From assembly GCA_963832745.1 (NCBI GenBank), contig CAWHVC010000004.1:1-64000 (forward strand): a stretch of 64,000 nt of DNA. The letters are read 5' to 3'. The position numbers and the translations under genes were made by a program. The notes under the pieces are model-generated. The model saw nothing but the letters and a program-made list of their open reading frames with translations. It ran no database searches and was not told the origin of the DNA. Shown here piece by piece: positions 61,649-64,000 of the stretch. The DNA is from Candidatus Bathyarchaeota archaeon (GTDB taxonomy: Archaea; Thermoproteota; Bathyarchaeia; Bathyarchaeales; Bathycorpusculaceae). The stretch's first letter is position 1. Each line of letters starts with the position of its first letter.

Positions 61649-62002
61649 GTGAAGATAATTCAAATTGTTGGAGCCATCGCGGTTGCGTTTTTGTTCTTTT
61701 TGGCAGTTATCTTTGCGCTTGCTTCAACCGTTCAAGCTACGACTTCAAGATTGGCAGTTAGCGGCATACTATTTGTTACCGGAATTGCAGTGATAGTTGG
61801 CATCTACTATACAACAAGAAAACCCAAAACAGTAATCCAGCAACTGGAACTTTCAGGAAAAATGAAAGCAGCCACAATCAAATGCCCAAACTGCGGCGCG
61901 GCAGTTGACGCAAACAAAATCAAAATTGTCCAAGGCGTACCCTACGCTACTTGTCCCTACTGTGGCACAACTTTTGAGGTTACAGAGGAACCAAAATGGT
62001 AA
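61649..62002 (+). CDS. Two-TM protein with C-terminal double zinc ribbon
   Basis: CPNCGA...CPYCG, ends EEPKW; overlaps next gene. Confidence 0.85.
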   Translation: MKIIQIVGAIAVAFLFFLAVIFALASTVQATTSRLAVSGILFVTGIAVIVGIYYTTRKPKTVIQQLELSGKMKAATIKCPNCGAAVDANKIKIVQGVPYATCPYCGTTFEVTEEPKW

Positions 62003-63618
62003 AACGTGCTTTCCTGCTGGCGGTTACTGTAGCGCTTTTAGCCACGGCCACATTATGTTCAGGTCTGGCAAATGCTCAAAATTTAGCCTACAATGTTAAT
62101 CAGGAGTGGGCTCAACTTTTCATTAACCCAGATGGCACAGTGGACTTGACTTATAATATGTCATTAACCGTAACAGCGGGTACCATGCATGCTTTTGATT
62201 TGGGAATGCCTAACAGGGATTTTACCATTGGCCGCGCAGTTGACCAGTATGGAAACAATCTTAACACTTACAGTTACACGCCTGATGTGGCTTCGGTGGA
62301 TTTTAAGCAGCCTCTTAACGCTGGAGACAGCATCTGGTACACCATAACCACCAACGTCGCCGGCATGTTAAGCAACGACACGACCAACCCTGGCAATTAT
62401 GGCATGGAGTTTGCGCCTCAATGGATAGAAAATGTGCCCATCCACAACGTCCGCGTACAGATTGTTATGCCTGACGGCGTTACCGTGCAAGACGTGAAAA
62501 CTTTGCCTGACAAGTTCTGGAATAGCAGCTCAACTGTTGAAGGCAAAACAGCGCTTTACTGGGAAATCCCTGTGCTTCAAGCAAATCAGCAGTACCCAAT
62601 CGGCGTTTCTTTCCCGTCAGAGTTTCTGCCAAACTATGTTCCTACTCAACCTGGCGGAATTAACTTAGAAACCCTGCTGGATTATCTTGTTATACCCATC
62701 TTTGTAATAGTAATCATAATCGTCATTATTGTGGCCTCCAGAAGCAAAAGTAAGTACACTTCCCCAAAAGTCAGCATGGAAACATTAGGCTTAAAACGGG
62801 GCTTAACAGCTGTAGAAGCATCAAGCCTGCTTGAGTTTAAACCAACCCAAATAGTAACCGAAATCCTCTATAGCCTCCTGCAGAAACGGGCAGTCTGGGC
62901 TGAATCAACCAAACCCTCGTTGAAACTCAAGGTGCTCTCGCCGTACGAGAACAAGACTGGAACACCAGAAAATCCGTTACGCTACTACGAAATAGACTTT
63001 CTGCACTCCCTGCGGGAAGATGGCACGCTTGATGAAGAAAAACTTGCCCATACCGTCACTTACCTCCGAGACACTGTTGAGGAGAAAATGCGGGGCTACA
63101 ACCGGAAAGACACCGTGGATTATTACCGTAAAATCGTAGCCACAGCTTGGACGCAAGTGGAGCAGGCGGGAACACCTGAGCTTGCCTCAAACGCTTACAA
63201 TGAACAACTGCTCTGGCTTATGATGGACCCCAATCAGAAAACCCGCACAGAAACCGTCTTCCAAAACCGTGTTTTCCAACCTGACCCCTTATGGTTCTGG
63301 TGGTGGTACGGCTACACAATCTATCATCCACACCCAGTTTATCGTCCAAACATTAACGTTCCAGCACAGTCAGGACCTGCACCTGCCATTCCGGGCGCTG
63401 AATTTGCAAACAACATAGCAACCACTTTAGAGAACACTTCAAACAGTATAGTGCAGAACTTAGAAAAGTTTGCGAACTCTATTGTTCCGCCGCCACCAAA
63501 AGCTTCTCATGAACCAGCCCGTCATGGTTCTGACTGCGTTTGTGCATGTCATGCTTGTGCGTGTGCTTGCGCTTGTGTCTCATGCGCTTGCGCCTGCGCA
63601 GGTGGAGGAGGCAGATAA
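61996..63618 (+). CDS. Single-pass membrane protein (DUF2207-like ectodomain) with Cys-rich C-terminal tail
   Basis: Signal peptide, INPDGTVDLTY, one TM, tail CVCACHACACACACVSCACACAGGGGR. Confidence 0.88.
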   Translation: MVKRAFLLAVTVALLATATLCSGLANAQNLAYNVNQEWAQLFINPDGTVDLTYNMSLTVTAGTMHAFDLGMPNRDFTIGRAVDQYGNNLNTYSYTPDVASVDFKQPLNAGDSIWYTITTNVAGMLSNDTTNPGNYGMEFAPQWIENVPIHNVRVQIVMPDGVTVQDVKTLPDKFWNSSSTVEGKTALYWEIPVLQANQQYPIGVSFPSEFLPNYVPTQPGGINLETLLDYLVIPIFVIVIIIVIIVASRSKSKYTSPKVSMETLGLKRGLTAVEASSLLEFKPTQIVTEILYSLLQKRAVWAESTKPSLKLKVLSPYENKTGTPENPLRYYEIDFLHSLREDGTLDEEKLAHTVTYLRDTVEEKMRGYNRKDTVDYYRKIVATAWTQVEQAGTPELASNAYNEQLLWLMMDPNQKTRTETVFQNRVFQPDPLWFWWWYGYTIYHPHPVYRPNINVPAQSGPAPAIPGAEFANNIATTLENTSNSIVQNLEKFANSIVPPPPKASHEPARHGSDCVCACHACACACACVSCACACAGGGGR

Positions 63619-63620
63619 AA

Positions 63621-64000
63621 ATGAGTCTGTTTAGAAAACCAAAGATTCCCTTTGGCCGGTTTGCTTACCGCGGAACTGACAAGTATTCAGGTATGTCCTT
63701 GCAGCTACGAGTTGAACGTGACGGACGAGGAGTTATGGTAATTAACGCCAACACCGTGCTGCACTTAAACCAAACCGCCACAGCATTTGCTTACTACTTT
63801 ATGCAGGGTTTACCTGAATTGGAAGTTTTAAGTAAAATCCAAAAAACCTACAAGGTTAATCAGGAAACCGCCAAAGTTGATTATGAGAAAATCATCAATA
63901 CCATCAGCACCTTGGCGAAAACAGAAAAGATTGACCCAATAACGTTCTTGGAGATTGAACGTGAAGAACCATTTTCTTACCAGTACTCGGCGCCACTGCG
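63621..64000 (+). CDS. 3'-truncated PqqD/RRE-domain protein, probably radical SAM (not in ORF track)
   Basis: Open frame to window edge: MSLFRKP...VLHLNQTATAFAYYFMQGLPELEVLSKIQKTYKVNQETAKVDYEKIINTI...PFSYQYSAPL. Confidence 0.7.
   Translation, partial: MSLFRKPKIPFGRFAYRGTDKYSGMSLQLRVERDGRGVMVINANTVLHLNQTATAFAYYFMQGLPELEVLSKIQKTYKVNQETAKVDYEKIINTISTLAKTEKIDPITFLEIEREEPFSYQYSAPL

Noticed and set aside
63535-63600. TGYGCN run as a microsatellite or assembly artefact
   Set aside because: Synonymous codon variation and interruptions (His, Val-Ser) indicate protein-level selection

Overview
Archaeal chromosomal window, most likely Bathyarchaeia (inferred from GGAGGTGA ribosome-binding sites, many TTG/GTG starts, a TackOD1-like protein, smc-scpA-scpB, and prefoldin beta-DUF3194-DHH). 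Housekeeping blocks: tRNA-Arg(CCG), two moeA, endonuclease IV, a type IV pilus locus, an ECF transporter, condensin, ribose-1,5-bisphosphate isomerase and PMT-type glycosyltransferases. These are interleaved with accessory patches of secreted or membrane proteins and a decaying island at about 36-41 kb. Most notable: (1) at the right edge, an operon whose membrane-anchored protein ends in a 10-Cys (CA)n-GGGGR tail and is followed by a PqqD/RRE-like protein, probably a radical SAM enzyme, giving a candidate RiPP-like modification system; (2) a tandem array of seven KGG/LEA-1-like hydrophilin genes plus DUF2795, four of the eight genes missing from the ORF track, with two copies of a 26-bp palindrome at identical spacing from TATA boxes; (3) a 50-70 bp dispersed repeat with an 18-bp palindrome, in three copies at accessory-region edges; (4) several apparent ACG/ATT start codons. 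All calls come from reading the sequence by eye; no database searches were run.
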